Shown: positions 1 through 10,707, counted from the first letter of the stretch. The stretch is DNA of 64,000 nucleotides from Candidatus Latescibacterota bacterium (GCA_965208105.1 OZ242318.1:1984001-2048000); one strand, 5' to 3'. Numbers and translations are program-made. Notes: generated from the letters alone by a model not told the origin.

Positions 1-788
1 CGGGAGCTGAAGAGGGGTTCGCCGGAGACGACATCGACGTAGATGCCGGCGGCCTTGTGGTTCCAGTACAGGTTCTTGAAGGGCCGCTCGGTGGCGTCCT
101 GTTGCGTGACCCTGAACTGCAGGTCGGTGAGCTTGCTGCGCAGGATGTCGATCGGGGGTTTGGTATACTGGATTCTCGCTCTTGGCGCCGGGAGGTCCTT
201 GCCCCAGGTCTTCTCGATGAAGCGGTCGCGGCCCGATCCCCGGCGATAGCGCTTGTAGTGCCGGGAATTCTTCAGGTAGTAGTCCTGGTGGTACTCCTCG
301 GCCGGATAGAAGGTGGTTGCCGGACGAATGGGGGTGACGATGGGTTTGTCGAAGCGGCCCGAGGCGTCCAAGGCCCGTTTGCTGGCTTCGGCCAGGGTGC
401 GCTGTTCCTCGTCGTGATAGAATATGGCCGAGGTATACTGATGGCCGCGGTCGTAGAAGGACCCCCCTGCGTCGGTGGGGTCGAATTGACGCCAGAAGAC
501 CTCGAGAAGCTGGCTGTAGGAGACGACCTCGGGGTCGAAGGTGACCAGTACGGACTCGATGTGCCTGGTCGCCCCGGAGCTGACTTCATCGTAGGTCGGG
601 TTTTCGCGCTCGCCGCCGGTGTAGCCGGAGACCGCCTCGGCGACCCCCTCGACCTGGTCGAAGGGAGCTTCGATGCACCAGAAACACCCCCCCGCGAACG
701 TCGCCTGGGCGAGGTCCTGTGCGCGGCTGGCTTGAATGCCAGTCAGACATGTGGTCAGGGCGGTCAGAACGACTAGTCCGGCCTTCAT
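1..788 (-). CDS. msrAB: Fused peptide methionine sulfoxide reductase MsrA/MsrB with N-terminal signal peptide; runs off the left edge
   Basis: Manual translation from ATG 788 (RBS GGAGGAG): [14 protein letters not shown]...[12 protein letters not shown]...SGYTGG...[12 protein letters not shown] (MsrA), then [18 protein letters not shown]...[15 protein letters not shown] (MsrB start). Confidence 0.92.
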   Translation of the reverse strand, partial: MKAGLVVLTALTTCLTGIQASRAQDLAQATFAGGCFWCIEAPFDQVEGVAEAVSGYTGGERENPTYDEVSSGATRHIESVLVTFDPEVVSYSQLLEVFWRQFDPTDAGGSFYDRGHQYTSAIFYHDEEQRTLAEASKRALDASGRFDKPIVTPIRPATTFYPAEEYHQDYYLKNSRHYKRYRRGSGRDRFIEKTWGKDLPAPRARIQYTKPPIDILRSKLTDLQFRVTQQDATERPFKNLYWNHKAAGIYVDVVSGEPLFSS

Positions 789-931
789 GGCTCCTCCTTT
801 TGGGCTTGTTTGATCAAGAGACGCTCCGGTATGCCAAAAGGTTCTCACTACCTGGAAGCATGGGTCCCCATGGCAGCGTCAGACCAGCAGGCCGCGGCCG
901 GCCTGAAGACTCGGCCCCTTCTCCTGCGACC

Positions 932-2659
932 TCAGGGGTTTTTGCTATCAGCCCCCAACAACTCCCGCGCATGCGCCAGGGTCGTCGCCGTCTCTTTGCC
1001 GCCTTGCATCCGGGCGAGCTCCTCCACCCGTTCTTCCGCTGCCAGCAGCTTCGCCGAAATCGTCGTCCGATCTCCTTCCACGGCCTTGTCAACCCGATAG
1101 TGCTGGTCCGCAAAGCGGGCAATCTGCGGCAGGTGGGTGATGCAGAAGACCTGGCGGAACCGCGACAGTTCCTTCAGCTTCTGCCCGACGATATCCGCGG
1201 TGCGTCCGCCGATGCCCGCGTCGACCTCGTCGAAGATCAGCGTCGGAATCGGATCGATTTGGACCAGCACGGTCTTCAATGCCAGCATCACGCGGGAGAT
1301 CTCCCCGCCCGAGGCTATCTTCGCCAACGGCTTCGGCTCGGACCCGACATTGGGAGAGATGAAGAACTCGATTTCATCCATCCCGTCAGCCCGCAGCTCG
1401 TAGCGCTTCCCTTCCATCTCCAGGGGACCCTCTGCGGACTCGATGGGGGAAACCATGATTCGGAAAACCGCTTTTTCCATGCCCAGCGTCTGGAGCTCGC
1501 CCTCGATCAAGGACTCGAGCCGGGCCGCGGTCTCCCTCCGTTTCCTCGAGAGTTCCGTCGCCAGTTCTCCCACCTGCCGCGTCGCGATCCGGACCTGATC
1601 CTTCAGCTCCTCGATGCGGTCGGACCCCACCTGAAGACTCTCGAGTTTCTGCGAGGCCTGCGCCTGGTAGGATAGAATCTCCGAGATCGAAGCCCCGTAC
1701 TTGCGCTTGAGCCGGTGGATGAGGTCGAGACGTTCCTCGACCTCGGCAAGGCGGTGCGGGTTGAACTCGACCCTGTCGCGGTAGTCGCGAATCTGGTAGG
1801 CGATGTCCTCCAGCTCGTAGAGGGCAGACTCGAAACGCGTCTTCAACTCCGCCAGGCTTTCGTCCAGCTCGCCGAGCCTGGAAATGGCGCGGCCAGCCGA
1901 TTTCAAGCCGTCCAGGGTCGAAGCCTCGGACAGATCGCCGCCGTAGAGCTGCTCATAAAGCTGATTCGCCGATTCAAAGAGGGTCTCCGCGTTGCCGAGG
2001 AGATGGCGCTCGTTGTCGAGCGCCTCCTCTTCCTCCTCCTGGAGCTGGACTTCATTCAGTTCCTCGAGCTGAAATTCCAACAGGTCCTTCTCCTGCGCCG
2101 CCTCGCTCATTTCCCTGGAGAATTCTGCCAACTGCGACCGGGCGGCGTGGAGTTCATCGTACTGTTTGCGCAGCTCCGACCTCAGCGCCTCATGCCTGCC
2201 GAAGGTATCGAGGAGGTCCCTGTGGGTTTCAGGCCGGAAGAGAGATTGGTGCGCATGCTGCCCGTGGATATCGACGAGCAGATCGCCCACTGCGCTCATG
2301 AACTTAAGACTGACCAGTTGCCCATTTGCGTGGCAGCGAGCGCGGCCGTTTGCGTTGATTTGCCGGGACAGGACCAGGGTTTCCTCTTCATCCAGGATTT
2401 CGGCCAACTCCGAGTCGATGAGACTGTCCCCTGCCGCATGATCCGGCAGCGGAGCCACCGCGATCTGGACCTTGGCGTTGACCGCCCCGTCCCTGACGAT
2501 CCCGGAGGTGCCGCGTTCACCGAGCGCGAGTCCCACCGCGTTCAGGATGACGGATTTCCCCGCACCCGTTTCCCCGGTGAAGACATTGAGCCCGGAGGAG
2601 AACTCCATCCGGAGCTCGTCGATGAGGGCAACGTTGCGTATGTAAAGTTCCTCGATCAT
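932..2659 (-). CDS. recN: DNA repair protein RecN
   Basis: MIEELYIRNVALI, Walker A TGETGAGKS, coiled coil, signature SGGEISR, Walker B LIFDEVDAG, ITHLPQIA. Confidence 0.96.
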   Translation of the reverse strand: MIEELYIRNVALIDELRMEFSSGLNVFTGETGAGKSVILNAVGLALGERGTSGIVRDGAVNAKVQIAVAPLPDHAAGDSLIDSELAEILDEEETLVLSRQINANGRARCHANGQLVSLKFMSAVGDLLVDIHGQHAHQSLFRPETHRDLLDTFGRHEALRSELRKQYDELHAARSQLAEFSREMSEAAQEKDLLEFQLEELNEVQLQEEEEEALDNERHLLGNAETLFESANQLYEQLYGGDLSEASTLDGLKSAGRAISRLGELDESLAELKTRFESALYELEDIAYQIRDYRDRVEFNPHRLAEVEERLDLIHRLKRKYGASISEILSYQAQASQKLESLQVGSDRIEELKDQVRIATRQVGELATELSRKRRETAARLESLIEGELQTLGMEKAVFRIMVSPIESAEGPLEMEGKRYELRADGMDEIEFFISPNVGSEPKPLAKIASGGEISRVMLALKTVLVQIDPIPTLIFDEVDAGIGGRTADIVGQKLKELSRFRQVFCITHLPQIARFADQHYRVDKAVEGDRTTISAKLLAAEERVEELARMQGGKETATTLAHARELLGADSKNP

Positions 2660-2722
2660 GGAATTATTGAAATGAGGGGTCACCCCTGATCGATTCCGGT
2701 CTGGTCCAAATGGGTGAACAAG

Positions 2723-3538
2723 CTACTCCTCGCCCATCTCCGCCAGCAGCCGTTTCACCACTCCCTTTTGCATTTGGCACCCCGACATCTGCAGCAGTTC
2801 GCAGACGTCATCCGACAGCTTGTCCTTGTGTTCCTCGATGGGTCCATACCCGGGCGACCATGAAGCATAGGAAGTGCCGTAGCGGATGAAGTAGGTGCGC
2901 CGCGGATCGTCGAGGGTCCAGCGCCGCCCGCCGTGGCAGAGCGTTTCCGTAAACAGGACCACATCCCCCGCCTTCGCATTGACGTTGGCAACCGTGGGCG
3001 GGCCGTCGTAGATGTTCACGTGCTCAGGCCTGCGGAAGTTCGACTTGTGGCTGCCGGGGATGCAAACGAATCCTCCGCCGGCGGGCACGTCCACCAGGGA
3101 AACGGCGGCGTTGAGGAAGTTTGCAAACACCCTCCCTTCGCTGGCCTGGTAATCGTTCGCCGGGTTGCGAAGCCCCCCCTCGAAGCCGCCGTGGAAGGCA
3201 ATTTCGTCCGATTCCTTCGTGTTTCGCGTGAGTCCGGTCGAGAGCAGTTGGGGATGGTTTCCCGTCAGCGCCAGCACCACCCGCATGATTTCGCGATTGA
3301 GAACCGTCCGCTGGAAGACCTCGTCGGCATACGGAGCGTTGTTGATGGAACGCGGGGTAGTCGACTTGGTGCTCCAATGGCTATAGGTCTTCAACGGCGG
3401 CGGCAGCTCACTGTCGTCGAGAGCGTGCCAGGTATCGCACAGCTCGACCATCCGCTTTACGTCCTCCTGCGGAACGGCCTGCTCTAGCACAATATAGCCC
3501 TGGAGATCGAACCACCATTTTTCTTCTTCGGTCAGCAT
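2723..3538 (-). CDS. Phytanoyl-CoA dioxygenase (PhyH)-family Fe(II)/2OG enzyme
   Basis: FDLQGYIVL, CIPGSHKS, AGDVVLFTETLCHG motifs. Confidence 0.85.
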   Translation of the reverse strand: MLTEEEKWWFDLQGYIVLEQAVPQEDVKRMVELCDTWHALDDSELPPPLKTYSHWSTKSTTPRSINNAPYADEVFQRTVLNREIMRVVLALTGNHPQLLSTGLTRNTKESDEIAFHGGFEGGLRNPANDYQASEGRVFANFLNAAVSLVDVPAGGGFVCIPGSHKSNFRRPEHVNIYDGPPTVANVNAKAGDVVLFTETLCHGGRRWTLDDPRRTYFIRYGTSYASWSPGYGPIEEHKDKLSDDVCELLQMSGCQMQKGVVKRLLAEMGEE

Positions 3539-3877
3539 GAAGTGTCTCTCCTTTTTCTCGATTCGATGGTGAAAATTGGGCCTGAGACGACCGGATTCCC
3601 TGTTGCATCAGGGGGAACCCACAGGGGTCCAGGTCTGTGCGCCCCCCGCCTTCAATATGAAAAACGCAAATTTCACGCCAACGGACAATTTTTCCCGGGA
3701 AAACCTCGCGCCCATGGGGCAGCGACCGCGGGATTGCCCTGCCGAGGCCCGCGGCTGCCTGCCTCCGGGCCCGGTCCGCACGATGCTGCTCCGACCGATA
3801 TTGTTCTGCCGGGTTCTCCCGCCGCTGGCGGGATTGCCCGCCTCTGCCCCCGCTCTCTCCCGCTGTCCCGGGGGCTG

Positions 3878-4963
3878 CTAGGGACGCGCCCGGCCGTAGC
3901 GCGGCCTGACCCCGCCCCCGGCGCTGGACTCGTAGGCTGCTTCCACCACGGCCATGGTACGGTACGCATCCTCGATGGAGGTGGGCAGCTCCCCGGCGGA
4001 GCCTTCGAGAAAGCACTGCAGGCTGGCCATGGTGCCCACGAAGGCATCGGGATACCAGTTCCCTTCCGGCTCCACGGTGATCCACTCGCGCTCGCCGCCC
4101 TCGCCCATCACGCAGTACTCCAGCTCGTCCGGCCTGCCCCGCGGATAGTCGAGAACCACCCCGATCTGGGTGCGGACGGCGCCCCTGGTGCCTTCCCATT
4201 TCACGTAGCTCCACTGATGTCTGCCGCCGAAGTCGTGGCCGTGGTTGGTGGTTACGCTGGCGCGGACGTGGTCGCCGTAGTCCAGGATCACCGACGAGCG
4301 CGTGGCTTCCATATGCGCGGCGGAAGGATGCCTGGTGGTTTTGGCGTACACCCCTGCCGGATCGCCCAGGAAGGAGCGGACCAGGTCGAGGTAGTGGATG
4401 CTGTGGTAGACGATCTCCACCCGCGGAATCTGCGCCAGCCAGCCCCACAGGTGCCAGGGGGTGTGCGTGTTGACGTTGATCTCCATGTCGTGGATCTCGC
4501 CGATGGCCCCTTGATCGATCAGGCTGCGGGCGCCGGCGTTGCAGGGGGCGAAGCGAAGCTGGAAGTTGACCGCCGCGGTCAGCTTCTTGCGGCCGCAGAG
4601 GCCGCGAATCTCCCGCGCGTGCTCGAGATCCTCGCCCATGGGCTTCTGGATGAGTGCCGCGGCTCCGTCGGGCAGGGCGTCGACGATCCCGGGTATGGCG
4701 GATGCCGGTGTGGCGATGTCGAAGACGGCGTTCTGCTTCACCGCCGCCTCCACCGCCTCCTCCAGCGAGCCGTGCACGCAGGGAATCCCGAAGTCCGCGG
4801 CCAGCTTCTCGGCGGCCCCCCGGTCCTTGTCGTAAACACCCGCCACCGGAAAGCCGGATTTGCGGTAGGCCGGCAGGTGGGCGTCGCGCATGATGCCTCC
4901 CGCGCCGATACAGACGATGGGACGAGGGTCGATGGGAAGCCGGGGCTGCTGCTCGATTTTCAT
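3878..4963 (-). CDS. Gfo/Idh/MocA-family oxidoreductase
   Basis: IGAGGIM Rossmann motif, QKPMG, NFQLRFAP, HSIHYLD. Confidence 0.88.
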   Translation of the reverse strand: MKIEQQPRLPIDPRPIVCIGAGGIMRDAHLPAYRKSGFPVAGVYDKDRGAAEKLAADFGIPCVHGSLEEAVEAAVKQNAVFDIATPASAIPGIVDALPDGAAALIQKPMGEDLEHAREIRGLCGRKKLTAAVNFQLRFAPCNAGARSLIDQGAIGEIHDMEINVNTHTPWHLWGWLAQIPRVEIVYHSIHYLDLVRSFLGDPAGVYAKTTRHPSAAHMEATRSSVILDYGDHVRASVTTNHGHDFGGRHQWSYVKWEGTRGAVRTQIGVVLDYPRGRPDELEYCVMGEGGEREWITVEPEGNWYPDAFVGTMASLQCFLEGSAGELPTSIEDAYRTMAVVEAAYESSAGGGVRPRYGRARP

Positions 4964-5102
4964 GGTGGCCGTCCTGTAATTCTAATCTATAGGAGTGAGT
5001 CTATAGGAGCGAAAGCCTGCATTGGTGTGGTGGTCCTAATTAAATTAAGCTCGATTTCGCCAGAAAGTTTTTGTATTTATTGGTTGAGGAAAGGAGCAAG
5101 AC

Positions 5103-5966
5103 ATGACCCGGAAAGACAGAGACAGCATGGGAACCGCACCCCCCGCATCCGCGTTCGGCCGCTACGAGGGCCGCTTCGAGAGGATCGAAACCCCGGAGCT
5201 GAACACTGACGTGCCGGCAGAGAACCAACTCGCCGAGTGGGAGGCGCAGCTCTACGACATTGGATACCTCATCATCCCCGATGTGCTGCCGGCCCCGGCG
5301 GTCGAGCATTTCCGCGAGCGCCTCCTCTCCTTCGAACCTTCCGCCGGCTATTTCTCGTCCTCCCTGGTCCGCATGTTCGAGAGGGGCATGGACTTCGTCG
5401 ACTTCCTGCTGAACCAGCCGGTCTTCTCGCTCATGGAGCGGGTCCTGGGAGAGCGCATGCACATCGTCAGCATGCAGGGGCACCGGATCGTCGCCGGCAA
5501 CGAGCTGTCAGGCTTTCACTCCGACGAAATATACATCCAGCGGCCTGACCACGTGGGCGATGATGTCGAATACCCCTCCGTCGTCAATGCGATCAACTGC
5601 CACTACTACCTCGTCGATGTGCCGGAAGAACTGGGACCGACCCAGGTGGTGCCCGGCAGCCACCGCGCCTGCCGGATGCCGCGGCCCGACGACGGCGATC
5701 CGCCGCGGTGGCGGGGGCAGGGACCGGTGTCACTGACCTGCAAGGCCGGAGACTGCGTCATGTACAGCAACCAGGCGTGGCACCAGGGAGCGCCCAACCG
5801 CAGCGGCCGCGTCCGGCTGTCTGTCGTGCCCACCTATGCCCGGCGCTTCGTGGCCCAGCGCTTCTGGCCGTTCCTCAACTACACCCTGTCGCGGGACATC
5901 CTCGATCGGTGCTCGCCGCGCCAGCGGGAGCTGCTGGGCGAGCATCCGCGCGCGACCTACGGTTAA
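5103..5966 (+). CDS. Phytanoyl-CoA dioxygenase (PhyH)-family protein
   Basis: FHSD (HxD), GPTQVVPGSH, AGDCVMYSNQAWH. Confidence 0.87.
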   Translation: MTRKDRDSMGTAPPASAFGRYEGRFERIETPELNTDVPAENQLAEWEAQLYDIGYLIIPDVLPAPAVEHFRERLLSFEPSAGYFSSSLVRMFERGMDFVDFLLNQPVFSLMERVLGERMHIVSMQGHRIVAGNELSGFHSDEIYIQRPDHVGDDVEYPSVVNAINCHYYLVDVPEELGPTQVVPGSHRACRMPRPDDGDPPRWRGQGPVSLTCKAGDCVMYSNQAWHQGAPNRSGRVRLSVVPTYARRFVAQRFWPFLNYTLSRDILDRCSPRQRELLGEHPRATYG

Positions 5967-6038
5967 AGCCCGTCACCGGGCGTTATCAGCCCCAACACCG
6001 CGCCTTGCGGATCGGCGACGACCGCGATACGGCCGATG

Positions 6039-6845
6039 TCAACTCGTGCGCCCGAGCGGCTCCACGAGGCAAAAATCCGCGCCCTGGGGGTCGCGCGCAA
6101 CCACGATCCTCCCGACATCGGGCACATCCAGGGGCTCGGCCATCAGACGTCCACCCTGATTTCGCACATACCCGGCCGAATCTTCCAGGTTGCCCACCTG
6201 AAAATAGACGTACCACTCCGATTCCACCCCTTCCGCCATCATCTCTTCTGGCATCTGCATCACACCCCCCACCCCTATGCCGCCGACCAACAACACGGTG
6301 TACTCCTCCACCTCGATATCGGCCTGGGTCTCGGTCTCCACACCGAAAACCTGCTTGTAGAACTTCACCGATCGCCTGCTGTCCGTGCTCAAATGCTCGG
6401 GCCAGGTGAACGCCCCGATCTCCGCCCGCACGCCGCTGCCCGCGAACTCGCCCGGTTCCCAGAGCGTGGTCATGCAGCCGGTTGGATCCGCGATCACGGC
6501 GACTTTGCCCGCCCGATCGACCTCCGTGGCCCCGGCGTGAACCGCGCCTCCGCTGTCTCGCGCCCTGCCGAGGGTCTTCTGGATGTCGTCGACAGTGACG
6601 TAAACGTTCCATCCAGGACCGGCGGCCTGGCGCAGCTGCCCCGGCCCCAGCCCGTAGACCGCAGCCGTGGGGACACCGTCGATCATCGCCATCGAATAGG
6701 TCCCGATGCCCATCTCTCCCATCTGCTCGTCAACGAAGTCCCACCCGAATAATCCGGAGTAGAACTCCCTGGCCCCGGAGAGGTCCGTGGTCGCCAGATC
6801 GATCCAGCACGGGGTGCCGTGCTGGTATTCATTCACAAAAGGCAT
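6039..6845 (-). CDS. VOC/glyoxalase-family protein (two domains)
   Basis: HGTPCWIDLATTD...AREFYSGLFGW; second repeat FYKQVFG...DPQGADF. Confidence 0.88.
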   Translation of the reverse strand: MPFVNEYQHGTPCWIDLATTDLSGAREFYSGLFGWDFVDEQMGEMGIGTYSMAMIDGVPTAAVYGLGPGQLRQAAGPGWNVYVTVDDIQKTLGRARDSGGAVHAGATEVDRAGKVAVIADPTGCMTTLWEPGEFAGSGVRAEIGAFTWPEHLSTDSRRSVKFYKQVFGVETETQADIEVEEYTVLLVGGIGVGGVMQMPEEMMAEGVESEWYVYFQVGNLEDSAGYVRNQGGRLMAEPLDVPDVGRIVVARDPQGADFCLVEPLGRTS

Positions 6846-7004
6846 TTGATGAGAAATTCCTCAATCAATCTCCATCAAGGCAAGTTCCTGTTTTAACATG
6901 GGATATACGAGTTATTCCCTACCTGGACGCTGCTGGACCGCGATTTAAATTTGGTGAACCTCCCGGGGAAAAATGGATCATTTAATGTGAGGGTGCGAAA
7001 AAAA

Positions 7005-8153
7005 ATGGACAATACGACAGAAACATCGGATTCGGAGCTGGTCCTTCGTGCAAATTCGGGAGACCAGGAGGCGTTTGGCATCCTCGTCAACAGATATTGG
7101 GCAGAAGTGGCGGCCAATACAAGGAAAATCCTTCATGGGCAGGAGGACGCTCACGATGCAACCCAGGAGACTTTTCTGAGAGCCTATCGGCACTTGGGTG
7201 AGCTTCGTGACGCCAGGAAAGTCGGCCCTTGGCTTCGAAAAATCGCACAAAACGTGGCGAGAAAGTCAGTTCGCCAAAGCGAGCTCGCGCAGAGACGGCT
7301 TCCGCCTCACGAACTACGTGAAGATCTTGCCCGGATTGCCGACAGCGGCCTTCCAATTGGATACAGGGAGGCGAAAATTGTCCTGGGCACATTGAGGCCT
7401 CCTGATAGAACGGTCGTCAACCTCTTCTACCTCATTGGCTTCGACATTGCGCGGATCGCAAACACACTCGACATACCGGAGGGCACGGTGAAAAGCCGCC
7501 TTCACAGAGCCAGGAGGCAACTAAGGGAAAGGATCAAAGCCATGAACGAAGAAGCACGAAGCACAGCGGAGCAGGACCACGGAAGAGATGTCATTTGCGG
7601 GATGAGGGGACAAATCAACTGGAGCAAAATTCCGCTGGACGATGAGTTGTCAGCCTGGAGGCCGCCGCTTTCGGCTGACGAAAAAGAAATAAAAAGTACC
7701 TGGAGCCGCAGCGGTGATGCTATTGTGGGAGACAGCAGGGAGCTGGGCGAATCGGCCCCGGTGTTGATCGGAGGAGACCAAAGCTGGTCGGACTTCGAGC
7801 TCTCAGTGTTGATTACGCCGGTTTCCGCCTGCAACGCCCAGGTAATGTTTCGCTATTCAGATGTGGAAAAAAACTGGTACATGTTCGATATGCTGCTCGG
7901 CTGGCAGGCGATTGCGATCAGCAGGATGGAGGGTGGCCGCCTGACCAAGCTGAGCGTGGTGAACTATCCTCTGGAATGTGGTCAGGAGTACGAGGTGGAG
8001 ATCGCCGCACGGGAGAACTCGATTACCACGTATGTGGACGGGAAGTTGGTCAACCAGGTGACGGATGAGAAGTTTCGCTCTGGGTCAATCGCCTTGAGCG
8101 CATGGAACAGTACCGTCGCCTTCAGGGATTTGAGATACAGGCTGCTGAACTGA
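7005..8153 (+). CDS. ECF sigma-70 factor fused to a C-terminal DUF1080-like beta-sandwich
   Basis: GDQEAFGILV, DATQETFLRAY, WLRKIAQN (region 2); IPEGTVKSRLHRAR (region 4); C-term WSDFELSV...YVDGKLV...GSIAL...FRDL. Confidence 0.85.
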   Translation: MDNTTETSDSELVLRANSGDQEAFGILVNRYWAEVAANTRKILHGQEDAHDATQETFLRAYRHLGELRDARKVGPWLRKIAQNVARKSVRQSELAQRRLPPHELREDLARIADSGLPIGYREAKIVLGTLRPPDRTVVNLFYLIGFDIARIANTLDIPEGTVKSRLHRARRQLRERIKAMNEEARSTAEQDHGRDVICGMRGQINWSKIPLDDELSAWRPPLSADEKEIKSTWSRSGDAIVGDSRELGESAPVLIGGDQSWSDFELSVLITPVSACNAQVMFRYSDVEKNWYMFDMLLGWQAIAISRMEGGRLTKLSVVNYPLECGQEYEVEIAARENSITTYVDGKLVNQVTDEKFRSGSIALSAWNSTVAFRDLRYRLLN

Positions 8154-8303
8154 TTGCCTGGTGCCACCTGATCCCCATTCAGGAGACGATGTGCATGGTG
8201 TGCGCACCCGGGGCTTGTCGATGAATTGCCCGGCAGGTCGAAGGCCCGGGATTGCTGCCCAAGCGCAAGCCGTTCATTTACAGGAGATACCGATCCTGAC
8301 CGG

Positions 8304-8906
8304 CTACTGAGGCTCCTCCGTCCAGGGGATGGAATCGGTCTCGACTGCCCGCCGGATATTCCCAAGCCAGACAGGCCAGAACCAGGAAGTATCCCGGTCA
8401 CCGGGAAGCAGCCTTCCTTCAATCGGGGACCTATTCTCTGAATTGACCGGACCTTTCAAGTATGGCACGAGTTCCGAGTACGGGACCCATGCGTACGGAC
8501 CTCTCTCAGTGTAGGATTTATCTTCCTTGGGCAGTGGATTGTTTGTCACAACCTGCGCTGGAACAAATGGAATTTCTGCGAAGTACAATGCGAAGCCATT
8601 GTGATCCATCACTGGCTCCTGCTCACTGATCGCATTGAGCAGATCAGCTCGCAGAAAGTAGCCTCTGGTCTCTTGCTCGGTTTCCCTCGCGGCTGTTTCT
8701 TCCGCGCTCTCGCCCTCCTGGGAGCCACCTCCGAAAGCTGCCCAGCCTCTTTCACTTCCAGGGTGATCGGCAAGAAGCAGATATACCTGGTCGCCAGATT
8801 TGAAATAGAGCACAATACCCCCACCCGCCGCGCGCTCCGCTCGGACTCCCAAACACGAGCCGGCAACAACCACGCATATGACGAAAAGTCTTCTGATCAA
8901 TTGCAT
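8304..8906 (-). CDS. Nudix hydrolase with predicted signal peptide
   Basis: Nudix box GGSQEGESAEETAARETEQETRG; hydrophobic N-terminus from ATG 8906. Confidence 0.78.
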   Translation of the reverse strand: MQLIRRLFVICVVVAGSCLGVRAERAAGGGIVLYFKSGDQVYLLLADHPGSERGWAAFGGGSQEGESAEETAARETEQETRGYFLRADLLNAISEQEPVMDHNGFALYFAEIPFVPAQVVTNNPLPKEDKSYTERGPYAWVPYSELVPYLKGPVNSENRSPIEGRLLPGDRDTSWFWPVWLGNIRRAVETDSIPWTEEPQ

Positions 8907-9089
8907 TCTCCCTAGAATTAAGGAAATAATCTTGCCTGACGATCCAGGTTTGCGACACCAGGGCGAAGGCCCGGGATTGCCGAATTCCAAGCCGCCTTCA
9001 GGCACCTGGGGCAACCCATGCCAGTTTCACATCAGGCACTGAAGAAAGGAGTTGCCTTCAGCGGTTCTCAATTTTGCCTTCAGAGGAAT

Positions 9090-9749
9090 TCAAACAAATT
9101 CTTCAAGATAAAGCCGCTCAATTTTGGAGGCTAATGCTGCCTGTTGCGGATCTATCTCACATACCTGCCGGATCAGTCTCAAAATATGTTCAGGGGCAAA
9201 TTCACCGGGCACTTCACATCCCACTCGCTCGAACCCGCGATCGAGAATCTCTCCGGCCATCTCTCTCCTGCTTCTGAGAAGAGCCTTGATCGCCGCAAGC
9301 GCATTCATCAATGCACTGTGGGTGTTGGACCATTCAACTCCTCTGGCAGAGGCATTGTCCAGATCGAACTCGGGGTCTCTGCCGATGGATTCGGCGAATA
9401 TTTCGATGTCCACTCGCCAGAATAACGGCACTCCCTCGAATTGGACAAAGTAGAGACGGCGTTTCTGCGAATTCTGAAACTCGGGAGAAGACCGAAGCGA
9501 TTCCACAGGTTGAACTTTGATCATTGTGGGAAGGAACCGGGCCGTGGCTTCATTGAAATTTCTATCTGGAATCTCCCAAACTATGTCAATGTCGCTGTAA
9601 ATGTCAGCGGTCCCTTCAGCCAGTGAACCTTTCAATTCCGCGGTCGATCCAGGCACAGAATTCTTGAGTGAAGATAGGATGCCTTGAGCTAGCGAAGTTC
9701 TGACCGCAGGGTTCAATTCCAATCGCTTCATTCGGGGACAATTGAACAT
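9090..9749 (-). CDS. Pol-beta-type nucleotidyltransferase domain protein
   Basis: GSLAEGTADIYSDID motif. Confidence 0.78.
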   Translation of the reverse strand: MFNCPRMKRLELNPAVRTSLAQGILSSLKNSVPGSTAELKGSLAEGTADIYSDIDIVWEIPDRNFNEATARFLPTMIKVQPVESLRSSPEFQNSQKRRLYFVQFEGVPLFWRVDIEIFAESIGRDPEFDLDNASARGVEWSNTHSALMNALAAIKALLRSRREMAGEILDRGFERVGCEVPGEFAPEHILRLIRQVCEIDPQQAALASKIERLYLEEFV

Positions 9750-9915
9750 TTCGGCAAAGTAGTGCCGAAAATCGAAGGCGCCATCCTATTGGACGGACGG
9801 CACCCAGCTCATGGCAGGCCCCTGGTAAACGAGGTCATGGGAACAGTGAAGCATCCTTTGTCTTTCACTTCTTGCTTCCAATGTGCCTGATTGGCCCTTG
9901 TAATCTCGTCATTCA

Positions 9916-10707
9916 CTAACAGTTTCCCTCCTCCAGATTGGAGAATGGCTGCACTCGATACCAATACCGGTACGTTTCGCTGAAACCATACTTCCGCTGC
10001 AGAGCCAGGGCAGGCTCGTTGTTGGCCATCACCTGCAGGTAAGCAAGGCGCGCCCCCTGTTCAAATCCCCATTTGAGGCGTGCCTCAAGGAGCCCGCTAC
10101 CGAAGCCCCGACCCCGATACTCTGTATCCACCAGCAAATCAAAGAGCCCCATGATCGAGCCCGAAACAACTGCTCGCGCGCAGCCTACAGATCTTCCCTC
10201 AGCCCGTGCGATAACATAGGCCGCAGGAGTGGAGACCGCGTTGAGTAAACTGCGGGCTACCTCCGAGTGCTGACTGCGATCGGACAGACGTCTCCAGGTT
10301 TCGAGCCACTCATCTGTCGCACTTTGGTATAACGATATGGCAGAGGAACAATCGGAACTGGTATCAAGCGGCTTGGTTAGAACCAGTGTATCCGCGTCTC
10401 TGGAGTACTGAAGCATGGCCAATTTCTCCTCCAAATCCACGGGTTGACAAGCAGGAAAAATCTTGAAAAGACAAGGTAGCGACGCCCGCGAGAACGCTGA
10501 TTCACAATGATCCAGCTTCTCCTTGAGCGGGGTTGTGGATCCATAGAGAGGGACTACACAGTTGGCACGGCGACTGTATCCCGCGGACATTCGAACGATC
10601 CAGCCGTCGAAGAACTCTGTTTTCAGCGCGGGCAGCCCGTTCAGCGCCGCCTCTTCCAGAGCTACTACAAGCTCTGGACTTTTCAATGAATCAAGTACTA
10701 TTGCCAT
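9916..10707 (-). CDS. GNAT acetyltransferase
   Basis: GYSRRANCV N-domain; YRGRGFGSGL, AYLQV, NEPALALQRKYGF; start chosen at ATG 10707 just inside an attC-like core. Confidence 0.85.
   Translation of the reverse strand: MAIVLDSLKSPELVVALEEAALNGLPALKTEFFDGWIVRMSAGYSRRANCVVPLYGSTTPLKEKLDHCESAFSRASLPCLFKIFPACQPVDLEEKLAMLQYSRDADTLVLTKPLDTSSDCSSAISLYQSATDEWLETWRRLSDRSQHSEVARSLLNAVSTPAAYVIARAEGRSVGCARAVVSGSIMGLFDLLVDTEYRGRGFGSGLLEARLKWGFEQGARLAYLQVMANNEPALALQRKYGFSETYRYWYRVQPFSNLEEGNC

Noticed and set aside
57-776. Plus-strand 239-aa ORF and other long antisense ORFs (719-1675, 3542-5209, 10958-12379, 28516-29562)
   Set aside because: They are shadows of clearly recognisable genes on the opposite strand in GC-rich DNA.
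3542-3877. Riboswitch or sRNA in the 340-bp intergenic region
   Set aside because: No recognisable conserved motif or long stem was found by eye.
6955-6985. Autoregulatory ECF promoter TGAACC upstream of the sigma gene
   Set aside because: The -35-like motif is present but there is no convincing -10 element.
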